Position numbers and translations under genes: made by a program. 64,000 bases of DNA, taken from NCBI RefSeq assembly GCF_003018115.1, contig NZ_CP027457.1; one strand, given 5' to 3'. This stretch comes from Escherichia coli. GTDB taxonomy: Bacteria > Pseudomonadota > Gammaproteobacteria > Enterobacterales > Enterobacteriaceae. How positions within the stretch are numbered: the stretch's first letter is position 1; each line of letters begins with the position of its first letter. Positions 23,289 to 40,065 of the stretch are shown here, piece by piece. The notes under the pieces were generated by a model. That model was given only the letters and a program-made list of their open reading frames with translations, searched no databases and had not been told where the DNA came from.

Positions 23289-24482
23289 ATGAACAAAAAC
23301 AGAGGGTTTACGCCTCTGGCGGTCGTTCTGATGCTCTCAGGCAGCTTAGCCCTAACAGGATGTGACGACAAACAGGCCCAACAAGGTGGCCAGCAGATGC
23401 CCGCCGTTGGCGTAGTAACAGTCAAAACTGAACCTCTGCAGATCACAACCGAGCTTCCGGGTCGCACCAGTGCCTACCGGATCGCAGAAGTTCGTCCTCA
23501 AGTTAGCGGGATTATCCTGAAGCGTAATTTCAAAGAAGGTAGCGACATCGAAGCAGGTGTCTCTCTCTATCAGATTGATCCTGCGACCTATCAGGCGACA
23601 TACGACAGTGCGAAAGGTGATCTGGCGAAAGCCCAGGCTGCAGCCAATATCGCGCAATTGACGGTGAATCGTTATCAGAAACTGCTCGGTACTCAGTACA
23701 TCAGTAAGCAAGAGTACGATCAGGCTCTGGCTGATGCGCAACAGGCGAATGCTGCGGTAACTGCGGCGAAAGCTGCCGTTGAAACTGCGCGGATCAATCT
23801 GGCTTACACCAAAGTCACCTCTCCGATTAGCGGTCGCATTGGTAAGTCGAACGTGACGGAAGGCGCATTGGTACAGAACGGTCAGGCGACTGCGCTGGCA
23901 ACCGTGCAGCAACTTGATCCGATCTACGTTGATGTGACCCAGTCCAGCAACGACTTCCTGCGCCTGAAACAGGAACTGGCGAATGGCACGCTGAAACAAG
24001 AGAACGGCAAAGCCAAAGTGTCGCTGATCACCAGTGACGGCATTAAGTTCCCGCAGGACGGTACGCTGGAATTCTCTGACGTTACCGTTGATCAGACCAC
24101 TGGGTCTATCACCCTACGCGCTATCTTCCCGAACCCGGATCACACTCTGCTGCCGGGTATGTTCGTGCGCGCACGTCTGGAAGAAGGGCTTAATCCAAAC
24201 GCTATTTTAGTCCCGCAACAGGGCGTAACCCGTACGCCGCGTGGCGATGCCACCGTACTGGTAGTTGGCGCGGATGACAAAGTGGAAACCCGTCCGATCG
24301 TTGCAAGCCAGGCTATTGGCGATAAGTGGCTGGTGACAGAAGGTCTGAAAGCAGGCGATCGCGTAGTAATAAGTGGGCTGCAGAAAGTGCGTCCTGGTGT
24401 CCAGGTAAAAGCACAAGAAGTTACCGCTGATAATAACCAGCAAGCCGCAAGCGGTGCTCAGCCTGAACAGTCCAAGTCTTAA
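23289..24482 (+). CDS. acrA: Multidrug efflux periplasmic adaptor lipoprotein AcrA (397 aa)
   Basis: ORF 23253..24482 trimmed to MNKNRGFTPLAVVLMLSGSLALTGC (lipobox); ATG at 23289. Confidence 0.97.
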   Translation: MNKNRGFTPLAVVLMLSGSLALTGCDDKQAQQGGQQMPAVGVVTVKTEPLQITTELPGRTSAYRIAEVRPQVSGIILKRNFKEGSDIEAGVSLYQIDPATYQATYDSAKGDLAKAQAAANIAQLTVNRYQKLLGTQYISKQEYDQALADAQQANAAVTAAKAAVETARINLAYTKVTSPISGRIGKSNVTEGALVQNGQATALATVQQLDPIYVDVTQSSNDFLRLKQELANGTLKQENGKAKVSLITSDGIKFPQDGTLEFSDVTVDQTTGSITLRAIFPNPDHTLLPGMFVRARLEEGLNPNAILVPQQGVTRTPRGDATVLVVGADDKVETRPIVASQAIGDKWLVTEGLKAGDRVVISGLQKVRPGVQVKAQEVTADNNQQAASGAQPEQSKS

Positions 24483-24501
24483 CTTAAACAGGAGCCGTTA
24501 A

Positions 24502-27654
<3,153 letters not shown>

Positions 27655-27671
27655 TACAACGTGTAATCACT

Positions 27672-27697
27672 AAGGCCGCGCAAGCGGCCTTTTTTAT
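27672..27697 (+). terminator. Rho-independent terminator after acrB
   Basis: Hairpin ggccgcg-caa-gcggcc followed by tttttt, 18 nt after the acrB stop. Confidence 0.8.
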
Positions 27698-28199
27698 GCA
27701 TAACCTACGAACATTAAGGAGTAATTGAACCACCAACTCAGGATCTCATACGAAAACCAGTATTAACCACGGATAAAATTCATAAAAAATACTGATTGTT
27801 AGTTAATTTATATTAAGTAGCGCTAATAGATTTAATAATCCATAATCATTTAGAGGCTATTCTTAATTATTTGCGGTAATTCTTTATTCATTCCTCGGTT
27901 ATTACGTCATATTCAGAGCAATCCTGGTATTAGTGTCACCAATTTCATCTGGCGATAATCCTGAAATGTTATGAATAGTTCGAGCAAACTGCTTTTACCT
28001 GCTGCGGGTTAGTGCTAGTATGAAAAAGTGAGTCCTGTCCCGCTTCCTTCCTAATTGTAATTTTTCGTAATAATGCGATGAAAACCTGCAAAGAGTGGCT
28101 TATAGTTAAGCTAACAAACGAGAGGGCAAGTCCAGGTCAGTAAGTTTTTTCCATCCCGAAAGGTGTCCGTTAGTTCAACCGCTAAGAAGGGGACGCGTT

Positions 28200-28574
28200 A
28201 TGGATGAATACTCACCCAAAAGACATGATATCGCACAGCTTAAGTTTCTCTGTGAAACCCTGTATCATGACTGCCTTGCAAACCTTGAAGAAAGCAATCA
28301 TGGCTGGGTAAACGACCCAACCTCGGCGATCAACCTCCAGTTGAATGAACTGATTGAGCATATTGCGACCTTCGCACTTAATTACAAAATTAAGTATAAT
28401 GAAGACAATAAGCTCATTGAGCAGATCGACGAATATCTGGATGACACCTTTATGTTGTTCAGCAGTTATGGTATTAATATGCAGGATCTTCAGAAATGGC
28501 GGAAGTCAGGTAATCGACTATTCCGTTGTTTTGTCAATGCGACGAAAGAGAATCCTGCGAGTTTATCTTGTTAG
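28200..28574 (+). CDS. tomB: Hha toxicity modulator TomB (YbaJ), 124 aa
   Basis: ORF 28200..28574; recognised sequence [31 protein letters not shown]; lies immediately upstream of hha. Confidence 0.94.
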
Positions 28575-28599
28575 AATTATTACAACCATGGGTAGAAGT

Positions 28600-28818
28600 A
28601 TGTCCGAAAAACCTTTAACGAAAACCGATTATTTAATGCGTTTACGTCGTTGCCAGACAATTGACACGCTGGAGCGTGTTATCGAGAAAAATAAATACGA
28701 ATTATCAGATAATGAACTGGCGGTATTTTACTCAGCCGCAGATCACCGCCTCGCCGAATTGACCATGAATAAACTATACGACAAGATCCCTTCCTCAGTA
28801 TGGAAATTTATTCGCTAA
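28600..28818 (+). CDS. hha: Haemolysin expression modulator Hha (72 aa), H-NS co-regulator
   Basis: Internal start of ORF 28354..28818 at ATG 28600, translating [72 protein letters not shown]. Confidence 0.95.
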
Positions 28819-28988
28819 TAAATAATTCGCTTTCGGAGCTATAACCGGCTGTTTATTAAGAATTTTATACTTTTCACCATGAAGACATACCCTATGTGAT
28901 CTTTATCACACAGATGTAATGGGAACGTTCTCTTCACTGACTTTTCGTCTTACTGTGTTGCCGCATTTTCAGCAACCGGAGGTCAGTA

Positions 28989-29540
28989 ATGAGCACAGAA
29001 AAAGAAAAGATGATTGCTGGTGAGTTGTATCGCTCGGCAGATGAGACGTTATCTCGCGATCGCCTGCGCGCTCGTCAGCTTATTCACCGATACAATCATT
29101 CCCTGGCGGAAGAGCACACATTACGCCAGCAAATTCTCGCTGATCTATTCGGTCAGGTGACAGAGGCTTATATTGAGCCAACGTTTCGCTGTGACTATGG
29201 CTATAACATTTTTCTCGGTAATAATTTTTTCGCCAACTTCGATTGCGTGATGCTTGATGTCTGCCCTATTCGCATCGGTGATAACTGTATGTTGGCACCA
29301 GGCGTTCATATCTACACGGCAACACATCCCATCGACCCTGTAGCACGTAATAGCGGTGCTGAACTGGGGAAACCCGTCACCATCGGTAATAACGTCTGGA
29401 TTGGCGGACGCGCGGTCATTAACCCTGGTGTGACCATTGGTGATAACGTCGTGGTAGCCTCAGGTGCAGTTGTCACAAAAGATGTCCCGGACAACGTTGT
29501 CGTGGGCGGTAATCCAGCCAGAATAATTAAAAAATTGTAA
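28989..29540 (+). CDS. maa: Maltose O-acetyltransferase Maa (183 aa), hexapeptide-repeat acyltransferase
   Basis: ORF 28989..29540; left-handed beta-helix hexapeptide repeats ([44 protein letters not shown]). Confidence 0.94.
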
Positions 29541-29655
29541 TCGGTTTTTCGCAACTGTTATGCAAAATTGTGGTAAATCTGTTACTTCCCCTCTACTATT
29601 CCCACGTTAAAATAGGGTGTTCCCTGGAAAGTTGCAGATACCACGAAGGCAAACG

Positions 29656-30126
29656 ATGACCGAAATACAACGCCTGCTGACCGAAACGATTGAGTCTCTG
29701 AATACCCGCGAAAAACGCGACAACAAACCCCGCTTTAGTATCAGTTTTATCCGTAAACATCCGGGGCTGTTTATCGGTATGTACGTTGCTTTTTTTGCCA
29801 CCCTGGCGGTGATGTTGCAGTCCGAAACGCTGTCAGGCTCTGTCTGGCTACTGGTTGTATTATTTATCCTGCTTAATGGTTTCTTCTTTTTCGATGTCTA
29901 CCCACGCTACCGCTATGAAGATATCGACGTGCTGGATTTCCGCGTTTGCTATAACGGCGAATGGTACAACACGCGCTTTGTACCTGCCGCGCTGGTTGAA
30001 GCCATCTTGAACTCTCCGCGTGTCGCGGATGTTCATAAGGAACAACTGCAAAAAATGATCGTCCGTAAAGGTGAACTGTCTTTTTACGATATTTTTACCC
30101 TCGCTCGCGCCGAATCAACATCTTAA
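29656..30126 (+). CDS. ylaC: Inner membrane protein YlaC (156 aa)
   Basis: ORF 29617..30126 trimmed to ATG 29656 ([22 protein letters not shown]); two predicted TM helices. Confidence 0.88.
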
Positions 30127-30283
30127 GTTAGGGTTACATACCAGGCGTAAAGCTCTGCGCCTGGTCAAATGACAATGATCGTTTCCACCCATCACTTCAT
30201 GAAATACCAGCTCTACCTCCTTATCTCCTGCCAGCCTTTTTCCACAATCAGATATACTTTCCCTACACTGTGTTAATAAGGAT

Positions 30284-31840
30284 ATGCTGGTGAGAACACG
30301 ACATCTGGTCGGCCTTATTTCGGGAGTACTGATTCTTTCAGTATTGCTGCCTGTCGGCTTAAGCATCTGGCTGGCCCATCAGCAGGTAGAAACATCGTTT
30401 ATTGAAGAGCTGGATACCTATTCCTCCCGCGTCGCTATTCGGGGCAATAAGGTGGCGACACAAGGGAAAGATGCGCTGCAAGAGCTGGAAAGATGGCAAG
30501 GCGCTGCCTGTAGCGAAGCCCATCTCATGGAAATGCGTCGGGTATCTTACAGTTATCGCTATATTCAGGAAGTGGTTTATATCGATAACAACGTTCCCCA
30601 GTGTTCGTCTCTGGAGCATGAAAGTCCGCCCGATACCTTCCCCGAGCCAGGTAAAATTTCGAAAGATGGTTATCGTGTCTGGTTAACATCGCATAACGAT
30701 TTAGGCATTATCCGTTACATGGTCGCCATGGGAACGGCACATTATGTCGTCATGATCGACCCCGCTTCCTTTATTGATGTCATTCCCTATAGCTCATGGC
30801 AAATTGATGCCGCCATTATTGGCAATGCCCATAACGTTGTCATAACCAGCAGCGATGAAATTGCTCAGGGAATTATTACCAGGCTACAAAAAACACCCGG
30901 TGAGCATATCGAAAATAATGGAATCATTTACGATATCCTGCCCTTCCCGGAGATGAATATTTCGATCATCACCTGGGCTTCAACGAAAATGTTGCAGAAA
31001 GGCTGGCATCGGCAAGTCTTTATTTGGTTACCGCTCGGGTTGGTGATTGGCCTGCTGGCAGCGATGTTTGTGCTGCGTATTTTGCGCCGTATCCAGTCAC
31101 CGCATCATCGGCTGCAGGATGCTATCGAAAATCGTGATATTTGCGTGCACTATCAGCCGATTGTCTCCTTAGCCAATGGCAAAATTGTCGGTGCTGAGGC
31201 ACTGGCGCGCTGGCCGCAGACAGACGGTAGTTGGTTGTCACCAGATAGTTTTATTCCGCTGGCACAGCAAACGGGCCTTTCTGAGCCATTGACGCTACTG
31301 ATTATAAGAAGCGTCTTTGAAGATATGGGCGACTGGCTGCGTCAGCATCCACAGCAGCATATTTCGATCAATCTTGAATCCACCGTGCTCACCTCGGAAA
31401 AAATCCCGCAATTGCTGCGTGAAATGATCAATCACTATCAGGTTAATCCCAGACAGATCGCGCTTGAACTCACTGAACGCGAGTTTGCCGATCCGAAAAC
31501 CAGCGCCCCGATAATTTCTCGCTACCGGGAGGCGGGCCATGAAATTTATCTTGATGATTTTGGTACGGGATATTCAAGTTTAAGTTATTTACAGGATCTG
31601 GATGTCGACATTCTGAAGATCGATAAATCTTTCGTTGATGCGCTGGAATATAAAAATGTCACGCCGCATATCATCGAAATGGCAAAAACACTGAAACTGA
31701 AAATGGTAGCGGAGGGAATCGAAACCAGTAAACAAGAAGAGTGGCTACGCCAGCATGGCGTGCACTACGGTCAGGGCTGGCTCTACAGCAAGGCATTACC
31801 GAAAGAAGATTTCTTACGCTGGGCCGAGCAACATTTGTGA
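30284..31840 (+). CDS. pdeB: c-di-GMP phosphodiesterase PdeB (YlaB), periplasmic CSS domain plus EAL domain
   Basis: ORF 30284..31840; EAL-domain motifs (EALARW, DDFGTGYSSLSYL); the annotated start may be the GTG two codons downstream (30290), an uncertainty of 6 nt. Confidence 0.9.
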   Translation: MLVRTRHLVGLISGVLILSVLLPVGLSIWLAHQQVETSFIEELDTYSSRVAIRGNKVATQGKDALQELERWQGAACSEAHLMEMRRVSYSYRYIQEVVYIDNNVPQCSSLEHESPPDTFPEPGKISKDGYRVWLTSHNDLGIIRYMVAMGTAHYVVMIDPASFIDVIPYSSWQIDAAIIGNAHNVVITSSDEIAQGIITRLQKTPGEHIENNGIIYDILPFPEMNISIITWASTKMLQKGWHRQVFIWLPLGLVIGLLAAMFVLRILRRIQSPHHRLQDAIENRDICVHYQPIVSLANGKIVGAEALARWPQTDGSWLSPDSFIPLAQQTGLSEPLTLLIIRSVFEDMGDWLRQHPQQHISINLESTVLTSEKIPQLLREMINHYQVNPRQIALELTEREFADPKTSAPIISRYREAGHEIYLDDFGTGYSSLSYLQDLDVDILKIDKSFVDALEYKNVTPHIIEMAKTLKLKMVAEGIETSKQEEWLRQHGVHYGQGWLYSKALPKEDFLRWAEQHL

Positions 31841-31881
31841 ATTTTTGGGCTGACGGCACGCCGCACAGCCCGTCACGCTAC

Positions 31882-32235
31882 CTATTCGTCGATGATTGAC
31901 TCGAATCCGCCATAGATCATTCGCTTGCCGTCAAACGGCATGGACTCGCCGAACTCTTTCATCCGTGGGTCCGACATCATCTTTTGATTAGCAGCGTCGC
32001 GGACCTCTTTTGAAGGGTATTCAATCCAGCTAAAGACAACCTCTTCATTCTCTTCCGCTTTCACCGCCATACGAAAATCGGTCACTTTGCCATCCGGTAC
32101 ATCGCTGGCCCAGCATTCGACAATACGAAGCGCGCCAAACTCTTTAAACAATGGCGCAGCCTTAGCGGCCATTTCCCGATAGGCATCCTTTTTATCGGCA
32201 GGAACGGCAACCACAAAACCATCAACATACTTCAT
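31882..32235 (-). CDS. ybaA: DUF1428-family protein YbaA (117 aa)
   Basis: ORF 31882..32235 (-), 117 aa; recognised N-terminus MKYVDGFVVAVPADKKDAYREMAAKAAPLFKEFGALRIVECW. Confidence 0.92.
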   Translation of the reverse strand: MKYVDGFVVAVPADKKDAYREMAAKAAPLFKEFGALRIVECWASDVPDGKVTDFRMAVKAEENEEVVFSWIEYPSKEVRDAANQKMMSDPRMKEFGESMPFDGKRMIYGGFESIIDE

Positions 32236-32345
32236 CAGACATACCTCCGAAGCGTACTGCGCAGCCAGACAATTCTTGCGACGTCAGTTGTGGTTAAAGT
32301 TTAGCCATGTTGGGGTTTTTTGACGAAACGGTGGGAGGCAGAAAT

Positions 32346-32459
32346 GGGTGGGGGCCCTGCCAGCTACATCCCGGCACACGCGTCATCTGCCTTGGCTGCT
32401 TCCTTCCGGACCTGACCTGGTAAACAGAGTAGCGTTGCGGGAGAACCAACAGAGCCCCC
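32346..32459 (-). ncRNA. ffs: 4.5S RNA, the signal recognition particle RNA
   Basis: The reverse complement reads GGGGGCUCUGUUGGUUCUCCCGCAACGCUACUCUGUUUACCAGGUCAGGUCCGGAAGGAAGCAGCCAAGGCAGAUGACGCGUGUGCCGGGAUGUAGCUGGCAGGGCCCCCACCC, the E. coli 4.5S RNA with its conserved domain IV. Confidence 0.95.
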
Positions 32460-32535
32460 ATTGAGAGCGTTGAGAACCAACGCGCAGGCGCATTATCACT
32501 GCTGCCCCGGCTAATTGCAACCCATCGCGTGCCAG

Positions 32536-32925
32536 ATGCTGGTTTCTTGCGCAATGCGACTTCACTCGGGCGTTTTTCCAGATTATGCTGAAAAATTACC
32601 TCAGGAAGAAAAGATGGAAAAAGAAGATTCATTTCCCCAACGCGTCTGGCAAATCGTCGCCGCTATTCCCGAAGGCTATGTCACCACTTACGGTGATGTG
32701 GCGAAACTGGCGGGATCGCCCCGCGCCGCGCGCCAGGTGGGCGGTGTGTTAAAGCGTCTCCCTGAAGGCAGCACCTTACCCTGGCACCGGGTGGTTAATC
32801 GCCACGGCACAATTTCGCTAACCGGACCGGATTTACAGCGTCAGCGACAGGCATTACTGGCAGAAGGTGTGATGGTATCGGGAAGCGGGCAAATCGACTT
32901 GCAGCGTTATCGCTGGAACTACTAA
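32536..32925 (+). CDS. atl: Alkyltransferase-like protein Atl (YbaZ), 129 aa; O6-alkylguanine-binding, non-catalytic
   Basis: ORF 32515..32925 trimmed to ATG 32536 (MLVSCAMRLHSG...); the MGMT-fold motif reads PWHRVV, with Trp in place of the catalytic Cys of PCHRV. Confidence 0.9.
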   Translation: MLVSCAMRLHSGVFPDYAEKLPQEEKMEKEDSFPQRVWQIVAAIPEGYVTTYGDVAKLAGSPRAARQVGGVLKRLPEGSTLPWHRVVNRHGTISLTGPDLQRQRQALLAEGVMVSGSGQIDLQRYRWNY

Positions 32926-32955
32926 CCCTCTCCGGGCGGAGAGGGTTAACGTCGC

Positions 32956-33528
32956 TTAATATTGCGTAGGAGCTGGAACTGCCGAAGACGGATTCACCTG
33001 AGTTGGTGAAGTCGAAGGTACGGTAGTCGTTGCACCACCGCTGGCCTGAACCGGCACGGCGGTTTGCTGCACCGGCACCAATGTCAGGTCGGCTTTAGTT
33101 CCGCCCTTGTTGATCACCGGCTGAACGGTATCGGTAATAAATACCAGTTTGTCATTCACGGTAATCGCCGCACTCAACAGAATACGCGCGTTCGGCTGAA
33201 CATCTGCCGGATTAAATGGCAGAACAAAGCTGAATGGTGACTGTTTACCTTCGGTACGCACCGCTTTCTGCGCCAGCACTTTTGACGGTGCATCGGCTAA
33301 CGACGCGTCAGAAAGTGTCACGGTCAGCACAGCATCAGGCGGCAGTGCGACTTTCTGCCGGATCCAGACGGTACCGGAGACATTCGGTTGCTGGATAGCA
33401 GGTTGTTGTGTTGCTGAAATAGACGTATTTGCAGCCGGGGCTGGCGTCTGAATATCCGCGCTTTTATCTGCGCAAGCCGCCAACGCAATCGCAACCGCTA
33501 AACCACTGGCCATGTGCACGAGTTTCAT
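32956..33528 (-). CDS. ybaY: Lipoprotein YbaY (190 aa)
   Basis: ORF 32956..33528 (-); signal peptide with lipobox LAAC (MKLVHMASGLAVAIALAACADK). Confidence 0.92.
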   Translation of the reverse strand: MKLVHMASGLAVAIALAACADKSADIQTPAPAANTSISATQQPAIQQPNVSGTVWIRQKVALPPDAVLTVTLSDASLADAPSKVLAQKAVRTEGKQSPFSFVLPFNPADVQPNARILLSAAITVNDKLVFITDTVQPVINKGGTKADLTLVPVQQTAVPVQASGGATTTVPSTSPTQVNPSSAVPAPTQY

Positions 33529-33745
33529 TCATTTCTCCTTATTATCAATGCACCAGCGGGCTAACTTTCCTCGCCGGAAGAGTGGTTAACAAAATAGTAA
33601 CGTCAACAAGTGTGGCACACATCACGCATTTCTGCCTGTAATAAGCCCGTAATTCAGACCATTGCACCCATCGGACCAGTAGCAAATTTGCGTTATACTC
33701 AACTCACTTTGGCTTGCTGCGGCAGCTTTGTTACTGGAGAGTTAT

Positions 33746-34606
33746 ATGAGTCAGGCGCTAAAAAATTTACTGACATTGTTAAATCTGGAAAAAATTGAGG
33801 AAGGACTCTTTCGCGGCCAGAGTGAAGATTTAGGTTTACGCCAGGTGTTTGGCGGCCAGGTCGTGGGTCAGGCCTTGTATGCTGCAAAAGACACCGTCCC
33901 TGAAGAGCGGCTGATACATTCGTTTCACAGCTACTTTCTTCGCCCTGGCGATAGTAAGAAGCCGATTATTTATGATGTCGAAACGCTGCGTGACGGTAAC
34001 AGCTTCAGCGCCCGCCGGGTTGCTGCTATTCAAAACGGCAAACCGATTTTTTATATGACGGCCTCTTTCCAGGCACCAGAAGCGGGTTTCGAACATCAAA
34101 AAACAATGCCGTCCGCGCCAGCGCCTGATGGCCTGCCTTCGGAAACGCAAATCGCCCAATCGCTGGCGCACCTGCTGCCGCCAGTGCTTAAAGATAAATT
34201 CATCTGCGATCGTCCGCTGGAAGTCCGTCCGGTGGAGTTTCATAACCCACTGAAAGGTCACGTCGCAGAACCACATCGTCAGGTGTGGATCCGCGCAAAT
34301 GGTAGCGTGCCGGATGACCTGCGCGTTCATCAGTATCTGCTCGGTTACGCTTCTGATCTTAACTTCCTGCCGGTAGCTCTACAGCCGCACGGCATCGGTT
34401 TTCTCGAACCGGGGATTCAGATTGCCACCATTGACCATTCCATGTGGTTCCATCGCCCGTTTAATTTGAATGAATGGCTGCTGTATAGCGTGGAGAGCAC
34501 CTCGGCGTCCAGCGCACGTGGCTTTGTGCGCGGTGAGTTTTATACCCAGGACGGCGTACTGGTTGCCTCGACCGTTCAGGAAGGGGTGATGCGTAATCAC
34601 AATTAA
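33746..34606 (+). CDS. tesB: Acyl-CoA thioesterase II TesB (286 aa)
   Basis: ORF 33728..34606 trimmed to ATG 33746 ([31 protein letters not shown]). Confidence 0.95.
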   Translation: MSQALKNLLTLLNLEKIEEGLFRGQSEDLGLRQVFGGQVVGQALYAAKDTVPEERLIHSFHSYFLRPGDSKKPIIYDVETLRDGNSFSARRVAAIQNGKPIFYMTASFQAPEAGFEHQKTMPSAPAPDGLPSETQIAQSLAHLLPPVLKDKFICDRPLEVRPVEFHNPLKGHVAEPHRQVWIRANGSVPDDLRVHQYLLGYASDLNFLPVALQPHGIGFLEPGIQIATIDHSMWFHRPFNLNEWLLYSVESTSASSARGFVRGEFYTQDGVLVASTVQEGVMRNHN

Positions 34607-34612
34607 AAAAAT

Positions 34613-34645
34613 AGCCGGAGGTGAAAACCGTCCGGCTGTTTTTTG
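34613..34645. terminator. Bidirectional rho-independent terminator between convergent tesB and amtB
   Basis: Hairpin agccgga-ggtgaaaaccgt-ccggct flanked by aaaaaaat on the left and gtttttt on the right, so it can terminate both strands. Confidence 0.8.
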
Positions 34646-34654
34646 CAGTGCTTG

Positions 34655-35941
34655 TTACGCGTTATAGGCATTCTCGCCGTGACTGTTGACATCCAGCCCT
34701 TCTCGCTCCTGCTCTTCCGGTACACGCAGACCAACCGTCAGATCCGCCAGTTTGTAGCCAATAAATGCCACCACACCGGACCAGACGATCGTAATGGCGA
34801 TGCTTTCCAGCTGTACCAGCAACTGATGGCCCATCGTCACACCTTCAGCGAAGCCCACGCCACCCAGCGAACTGGCGGCAAAAATCCCAGTCATGATACA
34901 GCCGACAATGCCACAAACGCCGTGCACACCGAAGACATCGCAGGGATCATCCACCCGCAGCAAGCGTTTGAGCATAGTAACGCCCCACAAGCCCGCCAGA
35001 CCAGCTACCACGCCGATAATCAACGCGCCGCCAACCCCAATGTAGCCACACGCTGGCGTCACGCCGACCAGACCGGCAATCGCGCCAGAACACGCTCCAA
35101 GCAGAGAAGGCTTACCACGCAGCGCCCATTCACCGAAGATCCAGCCAAGAATTGCCGCCGCCGTTGCGACCACAGTATTCACAAATGCCAGTGCCGCGAT
35201 TTCATTCGCCGTGCCCGCTGACCCGGCGTTAAAGCCAAACCAACCAATATAGAGAATGGCAGTACCGGTGAAGACCATTGGCAGGTTGTGCGGTTTAAAC
35301 GCCTCTTTGCCGAAGCCCACGCGTTTGCCTATCAGATACGCGCCCACCAGACCGGCGATTGCGGCGTTAATATGCACCACCGTGCCACCCGCGAAATCCA
35401 GCGCACCGTGAGAAGCCAGCAAACCACCGCCCCACACCATATGCGCAATCGGAATGTAAGAGAGCGTCAGCCATACCACCACGAAAATCAACACAGCTGA
35501 GAAGCGGATTCGTTCCGCCAGCGCCCCAACGATCAAGCCGACGGTAATGCAGGCAAACGAGCCCTGAAACGCCACGTGGATATACTGATAAATGCTGCCC
35601 ATCACCGCCGTCAGTTCGATGTTTTTTAGCATCAACCAGTTAATGTTGCCGAAGAAGTTGTTGCCCTCACCAAACGCCAGCGAGTAACCGTAAACCACCC
35701 AGAGAATACAGACCAGTGCAAACGTCACCGTCACCTGCGTCAGCATCGACAGCACGTTTTTGCCGCGAATCAACCCACCGTAAAACAGGGCAATCCCCGG
35801 AATAGTCATAAACAGCACCAGCGCAGTACAAATCATCATAAACGCATTGTCGGCTTTATCGGCCACCGCAGGTGCAGCCATTACCAGTCCCGGCAGCATC
35901 GCCAGTGAAGCAAGCCCAGTTTTTATCGTCGCTATCTTCAT
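34655..35941 (-). CDS. amtB: Ammonium transporter AmtB (428 aa)
   Basis: ORF 34655..35941 (-); signal peptide plus Amt/MEP family membrane protein; cotranscribed downstream of glnK. Confidence 0.97.
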   Translation of the reverse strand: MKIATIKTGLASLAMLPGLVMAAPAVADKADNAFMMICTALVLFMTIPGIALFYGGLIRGKNVLSMLTQVTVTFALVCILWVVYGYSLAFGEGNNFFGNINWLMLKNIELTAVMGSIYQYIHVAFQGSFACITVGLIVGALAERIRFSAVLIFVVVWLTLSYIPIAHMVWGGGLLASHGALDFAGGTVVHINAAIAGLVGAYLIGKRVGFGKEAFKPHNLPMVFTGTAILYIGWFGFNAGSAGTANEIAALAFVNTVVATAAAILGWIFGEWALRGKPSLLGACSGAIAGLVGVTPACGYIGVGGALIIGVVAGLAGLWGVTMLKRLLRVDDPCDVFGVHGVCGIVGCIMTGIFAASSLGGVGFAEGVTMGHQLLVQLESIAITIVWSGVVAFIGYKLADLTVGLRVPEEQEREGLDVNSHGENAYNA

Positions 35942-35970
35942 TTTTCGTTCCTGTTGCTGTGTGCCAGAGA

Positions 35971-36309
35971 TTACAGCGCCGCTTCGTCGGCTTCGCCGGT
36001 ACGAATACGAATGACGCGTTGCAATTCAGCGACGAAGATTTTGCCGTCGCCAATTTTTCCGGTGTAAGCCGCCTTACTGACGATATCGATCACTTCATCG
36101 AGTTGGTCATCAGCAATCGCCACATCAATTTTTACTTTTGGCAGGAAGTTGACGCTGTATTCCGCCCCCCGGTACAGCTCGGCATGCCCTTTCTGACGCC
36201 CGAAACCTTTCACTTCGGTGACGGTCAGGCCCTGAATACCAATGGAAGATAACGCTTCACGAACGTCTTCCAGCTTGAATGGTTTGATTATCACGGTCAC
36301 CAGCTTCAT
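35971..36309 (-). CDS. glnK: Nitrogen regulatory protein PII-2 GlnK (112 aa)
   Basis: ORF 35971..36447 (-) trimmed to MKLVTVIIKPFKLEDVREAL, with T-loop residues RGAEY; ATG at 36309. Confidence 0.96.
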   Translation of the reverse strand: MKLVTVIIKPFKLEDVREALSSIGIQGLTVTEVKGFGRQKGHAELYRGAEYSVNFLPKVKIDVAIADDQLDEVIDIVSKAAYTGKIGDGKIFVAELQRVIRIRTGEADEAAL

Positions 36310-36361
36310 AGATCCCCTCCGGTCAGAATTCGGTAATGGTTCTGCTACACGAAGAAGGTAT

Positions 36362-36377
36362 TGCAAGCGGTGTGCCA
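36362..36377 (-). promoter_or_regulatory. sigma54 (-24/-12) promoter of the glnK-amtB operon
   Basis: The minus strand reads TGGCACaccgcTTGCA, a match to the RpoN consensus TGGCAC-N5-TTGCA, about 55 nt upstream of the glnK ATG; an NtrC-like half-palindrome (cgcactatgacagtgca, 36430-36446) lies further upstream. Confidence 0.7.
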
Positions 36378-36489
36378 GAAATGAAAAACGAGAAAGAGAG
36401 CAGGAAGTTAAGAAGATTGAAAATGAAAACGCACTATGACAGTGCACAGTGCGTTACATTTTTGCACCAACGATGAAATATTGCGCTAT

Positions 36490-40036
<3,547 letters not shown>

Positions 40037-40065
40037 GCGTTGTGTCCTGACCTGATTCTGGATAT

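Noticed and set aside
30284-30290. Alternative start for ylaB/pdeB (ATG 30284 vs GTG 30290)
   Set aside because: Cannot be resolved from sequence alone; the difference is two codons and does not change the call.
36242-36439. 65-aa ORF in the glnK upstream region
   Set aside because: It overlaps the glnK 5' end and the sigma54 promoter on the opposite strand; the E/K/R-rich translation looks like a by-product of an AT-rich regulatory region.
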